60,619 nt of DNA, filler included, from Sphacelaria rigidula (GCA_964200075.2; 8 parts of 8 records of this genome joined end to end with filler, not necessarily neighbours in it), one strand, 5' to 3'; positions 12,810-24,556 are shown, counted from the first letter of the whole stretch. Numbers and translations: made by a program. Notes: generated by a model from the sequence alone, not told the origin.

Positions 12810-14560
12810 CGGCTCTAGGACTGATAGTTTATCCTGAATACATAATGCCTCATTCGAAAAAGGGATTTTTTTTTCATGTTCTTTTAAACATGAATCCAAC
12901 ACTATATTGCCAAGAACTGAAAAAGAAAACCCAATCCCGTCAGGAAAAAACCCTTCCAGCCACTCACAGACGTCGCAAACTCGTCTACTTTAGCAATCGA
13001 TAGCTCAAATCTTGAATACAATCAGTTCTTCGTAATCTATCCATGCTCCATTTCAACAATTAGTTGCGTCAGTCAACACAAAACAAAAAGATATACATGT
13101 ATCAATCTCAGTCACCACCGGTTCCCAAATCTTGAAACAACCCAAAATCACAGATGAATGCACAGTGGACACCCTTTTCGTACTCCTCAGTTACCATGAT
13201 GACATTCGAGAAACACACGCAATCTTCCAATACTCGAATCTGTCAAAAACGCACTATTCTCATGGTAACAAGATGCCGTTGTCTACGTGAAATTCGATTC
13301 GACATACCGTCTACAACACGGTCTACATCAGGCAAGTGTCTACAGCCAACATGTGCAGTGAAGTTGACATGGTAGCCCTGCACCCATGTTCAATAAAAAA
13401 TTATACCCGTGATATCATTCCACTGAACAAAAGAATAACTCCTCGAAATATACGCAAAATGAATAATGCAAAATGAAAACTCGCAGTAGTGGCGTGTGTA
13501 CCACTTATCCTCGAGTTCGAGAACAGAATTCCAATTCAAATCAAAACACCAAAACTAGAGGTATGCTCGAATACAAAAATATATAGATTTCCTATCTGCC
13601 CCAGCATAAAAACACAAGACCTGCTTCTGTTTGTACCACTCTGTATCCTAGAAAAACAAGACACAGTCACTTTCAAAACACCATTAGCCTCCCTGATGTC
13701 GACCATCTATCAACTTCCTAGAATAGTTTATATAACCCAAATCAGTGAACACTTGCAAGCTTGGATCCCTTTATGTCAGAACACGAAAAACATCTCTTCC
13801 GAACGTCGCTCACTTCATAGACCCTAAAATACCCATAGGAAATTATTGTACCAGTACACTCGTTCATTTCACAACGACTTGTACTGCTTATATCCTATCA
13901 GGGAGAAACTCGGAACATAAAACCAAACCCTGTTAGCACTAAAAATGTTGTAACCAAAAATAACGGTTGATCAGTCCACTTCATTTCGAATTACTGATCT
14001 TTGATGCAAATTTCGCTCGTCATCCGGCCCGATGAATTCCCGAAATCGTCAAACTCATCGTCCCATTCTTGGAATATTTTCTCTTTCACAAAACAATCAA
14101 TCCCTGTACACCAAAGCCCAAGTGCATGCAAAGAAGTCAAATTAGGAGTTACTCTGCATAAACAGTACAATCACCCCGAATATGTCAGGACGGATATTAC
14201 TCCTTGAATAATCGCCACATCCTGGAGAGAACATGACATAAATTGCTCCGTATTAAAACGCCTCCCCTCCCCCCCCCCGATTAAATATTACATATTGATT
14301 TGCAGGGAGTATTGCTTCCAGGTGCTACATGAAAACATAACATCAATGACCCCACAGTCAATTCTCGCGAGTATCCTGGTGCAAAGTCAGTCCCGCATGT
14401 TGAGCGGCGGGTGGATAGTCAAATGTTTAGTGACACCAAGACTAAAGACCGTTACACTAGCGGAAGTATACTCCAGGTTGAATCCACGCTATGTTCTTCC
14501 CGCAGTTGAAAATGTCCAACCCAAAATCCAGAGCCGGCGAATCAATTTGTCAAAAACGCT
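12810..14560 (-). pseudogene. Heavily degenerated Ty1/Copia RT-RNase H
   Basis: Broken minus-strand motifs in Copia order: HVDD-like region (~14340), FRE.IG (~14035), GILGSMK (~13825), VDRWSTSGRL...FSRIQ...TEA (~13620-13715, like DRRSVSGG...WFSRTQ...TEAE) and RVFLECHH...VHCAF (~13155-13220). Strong strand skew; many stops and frameshifts. Confidence 0.6.
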
Positions 14561-15082
14561 TTAGCGCGGATCGCGAAATATCAAATTCCCTCTCGAAATC
14601 CATAAGCGACGAATCAAATTGTCCAAAAATACTCCGCCGTGGATCACCCCATCACATGATTTTTCCCCCAAAACAATCCGCTGTGGATAACCCCATCACA
14701 TGAGTTTTCTTCGTTTTGAATTACCAGAATAGAGAATCATGGTAGCAAATAGTCAAATATCCCCACCATTATTTTATTTCTCGATAATTTCAAAATCATT
14801 GCAATCATGTGAAGGATCAAGTAAAAAATCACAACCAAACTACGGTAGTACTTCGTGGGAACAAAAATTAAAACAAACAAAAAATTAGAACCACATTACG
14901 TCTCACATGGTTGGCATGTCACGTTGCTCCAAACTTCAAAACGAAAATATTCCGAATCAAATCCAAACACCCAAAGAAATGAAAAAATAAAAACCTAAAT
15001 GCCAAAGAACAACAAATGGTGCGAATTGAGGTTCAACTTCGAGATGAGGTTCAAGCCTCAAACAGTGCTTTCCCCACACTTT

Positions 15083-15182
15083 NNNNNNNNNNNNNNNNNN
15101 NNNNNNNNNNNNNNNNNNNNNNNNNNTTAATTAATTAANNNNNNNNNNNNNNNNNNNNNNNNNNNNNNNNNNNNNNNNNNNN
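15083..15182. other. Artificial contig spacer
   Basis: 44 N + TTAATTAATTAA + 44 N. Confidence 0.99.
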
Positions 15183-15525
15183 CCCGCACACACTCGCTCC
15201 GTCTCGAAAGGGATGCGTGGTCAATGGTCAAATGACTAAGGCAAGCAACAAATGAGTACGCCCCCCCGCACACACTTTCACAGACCTGTGGCCCATAATA
15301 GGGTATACTTTCCGTTTGAGGAACCTGCACCATGGAAGGTATACCTCCTCTCACCTCTCTCTGTCTCTGCCTGTCTCTCTCCCTCAGTGTGTGTGTGTCC
15401 CCTGAAAACCAGAGACTCAGCGTACATATCGACACAGCGCAGCAGTGGCTCGAAAATATGCACTGATTTATCATGTTCCGTTCGATCTTGCGTCACCAAA
15501 CTAGAAGGTTGAGAGCAAATGGAAT

Positions 15526-17356
15526 TTGTCGCATGCCATTTTAGAGGGAGCACAACCTGAACGACCATCCCCCCCTTGTTCGCGTTTGCTCTTCGCAGCG
15601 CTGTGCTCACGTTGGCCGTGCGGCACGTCCGCCACCACCCCCACCTCCCGAGCTGCCAATTGCAAACATAGCCACGAAGAACAGTTTCCGCCGATGGATC
15701 TGCAAGTGCGACAAACAGTGCGCCTATTGCGGACTCGTGGGATCACTGGGGAGAGCTGGGAATGCACAAAGAGAAATTTTCGCGCAAGTGTCGCCTCGTC
15801 TTACCCGTTAGATCCTGACGTGGTACACGAGCCAGTCGTGGTGAAGAAGACCGTCACACGCAGCGCCCTCGACACGGGGCCGACGATGCAAGACTCAGTA
15901 GAGATGGGAAACGTCGTGTTCAGTTATTCTGACCTCGTCGTAGTGAAGGACCTCCTCATGGAAGAGGTTGGCACTCCAAAGGCTTGGCGATACCTCCCTC
16001 TTCAGAACATTGCCCGTGCTGACGTTAACCCGCTTCTGATCCACGAAGACGTGTTCCATGTCGAGGCTAACACAGCGGGTGTGGCTCCGGCACCAGGTGA
16101 GGAGGAAGTGTGGTGCAAGCAGTGCCTTTTTCGAGTTCCACGATCGAACATGAGGATGCACGTCGGCGGGCACATTTTGAAGGACGACGTGCCTTAATTT
16201 TGATGATTTGGCCGGGAGGTGTCCTGAGCGTTCTTCGTACCGCCGAAGCGAAGAGATCGGAATAGTGAACATTGATTGCTGCGTCGTTCGCCTTGCCGGA
16301 ACCGCTTAATTGCCCATTTTTATCGCATTTCCAAGGTACAGGTCGTGTGCAAGTAGGCCAGAAGTTTGGCCATGGTGTTTGCTGAATGTGGATGTTCATA
16401 TGTTGCATCCAACCTTGTTTTAGGTCGGACATTTCTTTCTGTGCTTTGCTTGTGTTGACTTTTTTTTTTCATGACTTAGTCTGCTGTGTCGTTCTGTTCG
16501 ACTTTTTTCCTTTCCTGTTCCTTCTTTTCCTCAGAGCGTCTTTCAGTTTCGTTTTTCGGGTACGTCTACCATGAGACCACGGCTGGACCCCTGGTGGGTC
16601 ACTTGAAGTGCGACAATCAACCAAGCAATCGATCAACCTATCGGCCGTGCATCCTCTCTCTTATCCCGTCGCAGATCCTGCAGGGAGCACTGTTTGCGGC
16701 TTCTGCGGTGGCTCCGGATGGTGGACTACTATCAATGATTCACCCGGTAAGGCTGCGTCCCTCATGCACTTGATCTGTCCATGCGCTCCTCGGAGGGACC
16801 CACGTCATGAGGCTGTCGCTCTCTCTCTCTGAAAAGTGCAAGAGCGGGATCGGATACGTCACCGTCAACCAACGTAGTCCTGAAGTGCATTCTCTGGTCT
16901 CAGAATACGTACATATGCAAGCATGGCATGACCGATCACCTCGCTAGATGCCACAACGGGGACACACTCGTTGAGGATGACACGGAACTAGCCAAGAAGT
17001 TCGAGCAGGCTACTACTGTCTTGGAGAGCGAGAGGGCCAAGGTGCTGAATAAGTTCCGAGGCGGGAAGCTTCGCGTTCGTCAAAACGAGCACGCTCTCCC
17101 CCCGGGCGCACGTCGGGGTGTGCCGGGCGCCTGGCCCTCAGGAGATTAAGAGGAGAACGAGGAGGAGTGGAAGGAGGAGAACGAGGACGAGGACGAGAAG
17201 GATGAAGAGAAGAAGGCAGACGAGAATGAAGGCGAGGAGACAGAGAGGCGAGAGGAACGCGGAGTAGAAGGGGGAGGGGGAAGCAGACGGCGACGGGCGG
17301 GTAATAGCAGTAGCGAGACACGGGGCGAAAACATTGAAGAACCCGCGCAGGAGTAA
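15526..17356 (+). pseudogene. Decayed spliced gene for a Cys/His-cluster (putative Zn-binding) protein with an acidic tail, probably transposon-borne
   Basis: ORF ends ...WCKQC...MRMHVGGHILK (~16110-16183). A pyrimidine-rich intron ends at CAG 16672-16674. The sequence then reads VCGFCGGSG...LICP, a frameshift at the (CT)n near 16820, PSTNVVLKCIL...YICKHGMTDHLARCH, an in-frame TAA at 17147 and an E/D-rich tail to TAA 17354-17356. Confidence 0.6.
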
Positions 17357-17561
17357 GCGGGGCAGACTGATTCGGGCCAATGCTTGCCATGTAGATCACT
17401 CACCATGATTACATTTATGGGATCATGTTCCGTGTCGTGTGCATCGAGTACCTACCAGTAGTCCGGGCAAGTTTGGCGAGGCGTGAGATAATGTTGCTAC
17501 TTTGGCTACAAGTTGTCGCCACCGTGCGCTCGTCTATATACATGTAAGTGAGCGTGGTTGG

Positions 17562-17928
17562 CATCGGGCAGAGCGGGCAAGGAGTAGAAGCAAACATACA
17601 CATCCCGCAAAGCCCACCAGACTTTTCGGTTTTTATCAGTGTTTATTGATCAATTTCTTGTAACAAAGTGGACAGGAAAAAAAATTATGACAACTTTCGA
17701 AAAAATGCCCTCCGACATCTGAGATCATCGGGACAGAGCGGGCAAGGAGCAGAAGCAAACATACAAACCCTGCAAAGCTCACCAGACTTTTCGGTTTTTA
17801 TCAGTGTTTCTTGATCGATTTCTTGCAACAAAGAAAAAAACAAAATCAAGAAATCATGACAATTTTCGAAAAAATATCCTCGGGGGGCGGGGCTCCGTGT
17901 CCGAAATTTTTCTCCGCGCTGCCCCCTG
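17562..17928. mobile_element. Two ~165-bp direct subterminal repeats plus a putative transposon right end
   Basis: CATCGGG.CAGAGCGGGCAAGGAG.AGAAGCAAACATAC...CACCAGACTTTTCGGTTTTTATCAGTGTTT...TTTCGAAAAAAT starts at 17562 and again at 17726. The block ends GCTGCCCCCTG (reverse complement CAGGGGGCAGC). Confidence 0.6.
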
Positions 17929-17929
17929 G

Positions 17930-18370
17930 ATACTGAGAATGTACTGACGACCAAAACGTGTACAATACCGAGTGTTCGAAAAAATCGTTTGAGAGAGTTC
18001 ATACTGGAGGCACTCTAGAATGCTCAGTATCGCGGCAATCTCAACGCCAGGTACCCTTAAATACCCAGTCAGTACTCCTGGCAGTCGATATTCCAGGTGC
18101 TCTAGAATACTCAGTACCCTTGGGGAGCTAGTACTCCGGGTACGGAGTATTTTACTGAGTACACTGAGTGTGACACCGGGTATTTCGGGCGGTGGGTAAC
18201 CGGGTACTCCAGATTACTCACTATTTCCGGCACTCGATACTCCAGGTTTTCCGGAATACCCAGCATTTTGGTTGTTGTTACCCCAGGCACTCGAAGTACT
18301 GAGTAATTTATTGGGTACGCCCAGTACGACTCGGAGAATTTGGGGGTCGGCGGATACTCTGGGCATTCTT
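17930..18370. repeat. Degenerate TACTC/GAGTA/TACCC/GGGTA-rich repeat
   Basis: Dense short motifs in both orientations: GTACTC, GAGTA, TACCC, GGGTA, GCACTC. Confidence 0.65.
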
Positions 18371-19342
18371 CATGGAGTAGTATGAACCCTGAGGGGCCCC
18401 AAGACATCTTGCAGAGTCCTACTCTACCCTAATGATCTTTGAAAACTCACAAACTTGAGATCAAGCTATACTTCAGACTTTCCTGCGGCGCTTGTACTGT
18501 GTACTTTCAGATACCCACATTCCTGTATTGAGTTGCGACACCAGAAAATGTGGCGTAACGAGTACTCCGTAATGTAGTGAACTGACGTCCACACCTCACA
18601 GTGCAGCAAGACTCGACAAGGATGTCTTTAATAGATGTACGTAAAATAGGCAGTCGTACTATTTTCGTGCTGGCGTACTGCGCGCCCGGGGGTGAAGAAC
18701 ATGCGCAGGAAACAACACTTCACACACGTTACGTACTTTCTACTAGTAAGGACGAGGGATTCAGGCGTACTGCGCAAAAGGACGCATGAAGCCCAACATC
18801 AATTGAGATATCGACTGTCAGTAAGGCAGTTACCGAAACGTTCCAGTTTTGAGTGAAAAAAAGTTGAAAATTGTTGCCCAAGGGAGGGGCGGTGGGTGTG
18901 CCTCGGTATCGGGGAGTCCGTTGTACGGGCACCCGTCAGCATGCCCCTTTCACAAACCTTTGCTGCAAGCTGCGCTGACACATGGGCGGGGTAAGTGTTG
19001 GGTAAGGTTTCCTCCTTTTCTCTTGAGGAAAAAAATAAATAAAGCAGCTGCGCTGCGGAAGCACTTGGATCGCTGCCATTGAGGGGTCCAACGATAATCG
19101 TGGTGCATGGGTGAGGTGTGGTGGGGATATAGCCATTGCCCTGAAACTGCAGAGGCCGGCGGTGCTCACAACTGAATGATACACGAAAAGGAAATGATGC
19201 CCTCGCCTCGCTCAACCATTACAAAATGATACTGCACGCCTATTTGCAGTTTTGTTCTTGTACACCACTCGTTCAATGCCTTCATATCCCTCTGGCGTAT
19301 ATCTGCGCCCACGAGAACGTTGCCCGAGAACTCGCGGGGCTG

Positions 19343-19805
19343 TCAGATACTTTGTACGATACCACCCCCTCCCGAAAGTGGTAGTGATCACCTAGATGTT
19401 GGAGGTGCCTCTATTACGAGTAGGAGCGGTGCTCCGTCTCGACCAGGGATATGTGGTCAATGGTCGAACGTTCAAGGCAAGAAACAAATGAGTATGCCCC
19501 TCCTCCTGCCAAAAAAGTGGCTGGTTTGGGGAGGCAAAATCTACACGTAAATCGAAATGAAAAAAAAAGCCGAGCACGACAAGCAGCTGAGAATTCTCAC
19601 GCTTGGGGCCGTTTTCGCCAATGTCGCCCATCTGAGGCGCTTCTTGTAGGCCGGGACCAAACATCAGGCGCTGTATGGCCGTCCTCTCCGTGACAATTTT
19701 GGGCTGGTTTGGAGGGGGGGGGTGTACTCATGATCATGCATGCCATAGTCATAAGACCATTGACGTTCGGAGGGGGGGGGGGGGGGGGTATCGTGAAAAG
19801 TGTCG
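19343..19805. mobile_element. Composite MITE: family-A TIRs outside, family-D ends inside, family-A core in the middle
   Basis: TCAGATACTTTGTACGATACCACCCC (19343-19369), reverse D2 (19428-19500), A core (19530-19712), D1 (19713-19770), then G-run + TATCGTGAAAAGTGTCG (to 19805). Confidence 0.7.
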
Positions 19806-20794
19806 TCAGTGGCCCAATTATCGGGATAAAGTATCAGGGCGTTCAAGTGGCCAAGTCAAAAGTTGAACAGTCGACCTAATAATAGACTTTGAACCTTATA
19901 CTCAAAACCTGATATTCAACTTAAATGTTGGACCTTCGAGTTGAGATATGATGCGAACACTCCGCGACGTGAGGGGTTGACAATCTCCTGGATGACCGGG
20001 GTCATGCCGTGGCAGGAGGCTGTGTTTCCTCTGATGTATGTGCCTGTGTGTAGACGTGGACTCGGGTGCAGAGAAGTGACATGGAGAGGCAGACTGTGCT
20101 TTGTTCCATCCTTGGAATATGATGATACTTCCGTAACGGGAATGAACCATTTCCCGAGATGACGGAACATTCTAGTTGAAGTCATGACAATGGCGGCTAC
20201 CCCCCTCAAGGTCGAAGTATCAGTGCTGTAGCTCATCCCGACCAGCGTGAGACTGCGCTGTGAACCATCCCGGATCCATATACCGTCAGCATAGTGCCAC
20301 AGCTGACTTGCTGCACGTACCGATCACAGTGTGACAAGAGTGGTGAATTTATGCGCCGCCAGTAATCAAAGTGACCCTGTATCACGAAACACAGGCAACA
20401 CGCACAATCTCTGCACCACCGGAGAGGAATAGGTAACCGCGTTTTCGGATGTTTAATTTGATTTATCGATTGATTGATCGATGTATTCATTTATTCATTA
20501 TCGCATATGAACGAGTGACCTAGGAATCATAATCCAGCCGTGTTCGCAGGGTAGGCGTACTGTACCCAACGAAAACAAGAGGGAAACACCCGCCGAAGGA
20601 AACCCGAGGAAGGGAAATAATAAAGGAAGAAGCAAGAAGCAGAGTAGACTGCAAAACGAGAAACACAACACGACAAGAAAAGAAAAGGGAAGGAATTCAA
20701 GGAAGGAGTACCGACCTGAATGACTGTACTCCGGGGAAGTTGGATTGAAAGATGACGCACTTGTCGGGGGTTGGATTTTTGTATTACCTAGTGT

Positions 20795-20891
20795 CCATTT
20801 ACCGCAAGGGTGGGTCACTTGTTGATTTTGCACCATTTTCACTCGAAAAATGACTGCAAAACCAAGATAAACCACCCTGGCGGTCAAAGGG
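20795..20891 (-). mobile_element. ~100-bp TTAA-type MITE family E
   Basis: Reverse-complement homolog of 56044-56144; ends GCGGTCAAAGGG-TTAT. Confidence 0.65.
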
Positions 20892-21059
20892 TTATCATGC
20901 CCCGGACGATCTCACAGCAGTCTCCACGGGTAGGGGGGGGGAATTTAAGAGCTGTGCTTGCTCTTGCACATGTGCTGTTCCTCCCCTTCATCCAGCTAGC
21001 TAGGTAGTCCAACAAAAGTCCAAATATTCGTATTCGACGTTTGCGCATGGCACGAACAG

Positions 21060-22577
21060 GATCGCAGATCTCAACAACGGGCAGCTAAGGCTTCTCGTTC
21101 GCTACTGCGAGACGAAGGTCCCAGGACTTACGAACAAGACTGTTATTGACGCCTACGCTAAACTTCTCCGCACGGCTATCAGGGAGACAGACAAACGCTA
21201 CGAGGAAGAGGTGGGAATAGCATCCTATTCACTGTGCGTTGGCATGAACGCTCATGCCCATTCGGCGTGAACGTTTGGTGTTCAGCTCGTTGGTCAGATC
21301 TCAAACTCAGCACTGCAATATATCGTTACCCGGTAGGGGCGAGAGCAGTGAACCGGGTTGCCCGAGGAGGGGGGTTCTCTGTCGAGCAATGGGGGTTTAC
21401 AGATGTCCTCCGAATGCCGTTGTTGACGAGAGCTTCAGCCATCCACGCTGCGCTTTATCTACCATAGTTGTAAGAGTTACGGTGACCTTATCTCAACGTG
21501 CGTTCTTGGATTGGCCACCGCTGTGATAGGGGTAATCTATTCGTGTAATGTTTGTGTCGTGTTCTGCAACACTGCGACCCCGCCGACAGCTGCTCTGTTC
21601 TGTTGACCAAACATTGAACGCATATACAGTACCTCTTGTTTCCTCTCGCAGTTTACGCTGCTTCGAGAGTCTCTTCGAGCAGCCTCTTCTCTGTTCAGTT
21701 CGAACATGTTCGTTTCGAGGTACCTTGAATTCTAGTCCGCCGGTTGCCGCTTTCTCTCCTACAAAACGCATACACCAAAGTGACTAGCATCCGTTCGAAC
21801 GCAAGGTGCGAGGGGAGCGGGAGAGACTAGCCCAGCTCAGGGCTGCACATGCCGGAGTAAACGCTAAAGCATGGGACACGTCTCACGCCAGCCTCGACAG
21901 AGAGTTGGCCAAATTCCAAAAGTTTCTCAAGTCCAAAGCTCGACGAGCTGCCGAAGAAGAAGTATTACAGGTACGACGAGGTAGTCCAGTCTCCGTGATC
22001 GGCTAAGTAAGAGTTGAAACGTTTGTCGGCCTTGCCTTTTACAAGGCGCCCAGTTGTAGTAATGCGGTTGGGCAACACATCCCTTCTTCATGTTGACTTC
22101 AATCCCACGTATCGTCGTCGGAGCAAGTACACTTGACCGACTTTTCTACGCCTGTACGATGTATGTAAACTGGGGTAAATTATGGTTGTGTGTAGACTGA
22201 AGCAAATTATAGTCACAGTCTGTTCCCCACAACGGCAACGTATGCACTCGTCCCTCACCCCTGCTTGAAATCAGAAATCGATGGAGAAGCTACATTTTCA
22301 ACTAATGGCGATTCCTGCCCGTCGGGTTGCAGCTGAAAACCGAAGGAGGAGCTTGTTGAGTCTAGGGGGGATTGTAGCCCTCGTCATATCTCCCATTACC
22401 CTTTTGAGTATGCTTCCCGTGAGCACCTGGGGCGCGATCGGAGCTACAATGTTCACGCTGATAATCGCGGGGATTTTCGTCTTCATAGGCATCATCGGTG
22501 GTGTGGTGATTACACCCAGATTGGATGATGATGCTATAGAGGCGGAGACCAGGATTTGCGCCACACGAAAGCTGAAG
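21060..22577 (+). CDS. Three internal exons (21060-21210, 21806-21970, 22275-22577) of a coiled-coil + two-TM membrane protein of unknown function
   Basis: AG/GT boundaries with phase-0 joins give IADLNNGQLRLLV...RYEEE|VRGERERLAQL...AEEEVLQ|KSMEKLHFQ...LLSLGGIVALVISPITLL...GATMFTLIIAGIFVFIGIIGGVVI...RKLK. The last donor could alternatively be GTAAG at 22582. Confidence 0.75.
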
Positions 22578-22672
22578 GTGGGTAAGAAGTGTCTTGACGC
22601 AGCGCCCCTGCCCGGCCCCCCCTTGGCACGACATGCCAGACAGGACACCGGCCTCGCCTCAAGCGAGCCCTA

Positions 22673-22772
22673 NNNNNNNNNNNNNNNNNNNNNNNNNNNN
22701 NNNNNNNNNNNNNNNNTTAATTAATTAANNNNNNNNNNNNNNNNNNNNNNNNNNNNNNNNNNNNNNNNNNNN
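22673..22772. other. Artificial contig spacer
   Basis: 44 N + TTAATTAATTAA + 44 N. Confidence 0.99.
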
Positions 22773-23215
22773 CCCCCCCTTTTTCCCTCGCTCACAGCGT
22801 TGGTGTCCGTTTCTCACTTTCACAATATACACAAAAATAAACACATCCCCTCCCCCCCCCCCCCCCCCGCGCGCGCGCGCACACTGAGCACAGCATTTTT
22901 TGGCTCACACCGAACAAGTGTGATTACGATCCAACCGCTCGACGTTGCATGTGTCGATCCCTGTGCGTACTGGACTTCGTACGTGATGCTGTGCTCAAGA
23001 GGTAACGTCAGCACTAACTGCAATCGGGCAGTCACGTGGGCACTGTTGTAGCCTAGACTGCTACGGAGAGGGATGATGAGCAGACCGTACCGTTCTGTGT
23101 AGGTATTTCATTCCCCTATATACCAGGTTTGATCAGGAGCGCCACCACCCGTGCTGAAACTGTCATGCCCCGCGAACATTCCTTGTCGTCTTCTCTTTTT
23201 TGTCTCTCATCCCAG

Positions 23216-23401
23216 GCTACGGGAGATGATGACCCGGTTGATGACGATGATGTAGATATTTCTGTGGCCGATGGATTCTCGCTTAGCGCCATTGTTGCAA
23301 CCTGCACGGAAACACCGGGCGACTTGCCAGGAACAGCGAGCGATGATGATGACGATGATGACGACGATGCTGGGGACGATTCTGGAGACGATGCTGATGA
23401 C

Positions 23402-23471
<70 letters not shown>

Positions 23472-24556
23472 CCGACGATGACGGTGCTAGTTGTGCTGGA
23501 GTGAACTGCGCTAGCAGCGTGGATCCATCCCAGACCGTGACATTTACGATTAACTCGATAGGGACCTCGTCGGACGCGGATGGCTGCGCCAAACCGATAA
23601 CTGTACAGGCGGTGGCGGTGGAGCACGAGCAGTATGTGGATAACTCAACGAACGTCAATAACTTGTTCGACAGGGACTTGGACACTTACTTCTCGGTCCA
23701 CCGCATGAGCACTTCCTTTACAATCGACTTAGGAGAGGACATAAAGGTGGACGGCGTCGCAATCGGTTTTTTTATGAGGGATGAGAGCGAGGAGCGCATC
23801 CAGACGTTCAGCATCAGCACCCGAGCGGAGGATGATGATGACGACGACTGGAAAACTCCCCTCGTCGGAGAAGAATCCAGCGGCACTTTGGAGATGCAGA
23901 CTTTCTCATTCAACGCCCGCACTTCCAGATACGTTCGCTTCGAGTCCGACGGCAACAGCTTCAACAACTGGACTCCGCTAACGGAGGTGGAGATCTGCGA
24001 AGAGGAAGGCGATGACGACGGCGATGACGATAGTTCCGTTGAGGCTAACGCTCTTTTCGGTGGTACCGCGGAAGTCACCAAGGACATCGAGCAGCTTGCG
24101 AGCAATACTGTCTCGAGCAATAATGTCTCGCATTGCTCAGCTGACAACCCGGAGATCCTGGAAGCCCCGTCGGTGAACCTGATTGGCGGTTCGGGAGACC
24201 CTGACGATGTGTTGGACTGGGACTTCGACACCAGGTGGTTCACCGAAAATACATATCACGACAACGATCTAGAGAACGACAGGATCCACATGAAACTTAG
24301 GGGCGACAGCTTCCTGAGCCACGTGAACATCGCTTTCTACGACGGCGACCTTGCTACCCAGGATTTCAGCATTTACACGCAGTCTGCTGCGGACATCACG
24401 TGGACCGAGCGAGTCCGCGAAACAGCTGCACTGAATGAGGAGCTCCAGACGTTCAGCGTCGACGTCGACCCTGTGACCCACATTTACGTGGTGGGGAGAG
24501 GCAACGCACAAGGAAACTTCACCAAGATCTCCGAAGTACAGCTTTATGGATGCTAA
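23216..24556 (+). CDS. Terminal exon: Asp-rich region + two F5/8 type C (CBM32/discoidin-like) domains
   Basis: Polypyrimidine tract + CAG acceptor at 23213-23215, then 446 open codons to TAA. Domain 1 (~23584-23998): NLFDRDLDTYFS...IDLGE...RYVRFESDGNSFNNWTPLTEVEIC. Domain 2 (~24133-24553): VLDWDFDTRW...VNIAFYDGD...GRGNAQGNFTKISEVQLYGC. Confidence 0.85.
23341..23481 (+). repeat. Coding (GAT)n poly-Asp tract
   Basis: In-frame GAT/GAC run inside the open exon. Confidence 0.9.

Noticed and set aside
23129-23215. N-terminus of the 475-aa ORF as given in the track
   Set aside because: It is a polypyrimidine tract plus CAG acceptor, i.e. intron. A 42-bp upstream mini-exon (23057-23098) is possible but unsupported.
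23116-24243. Minus-strand Ser-rich ORFs (189 and 185 aa)
   Set aside because: Antisense shadows of the Asp-rich plus-strand exon.
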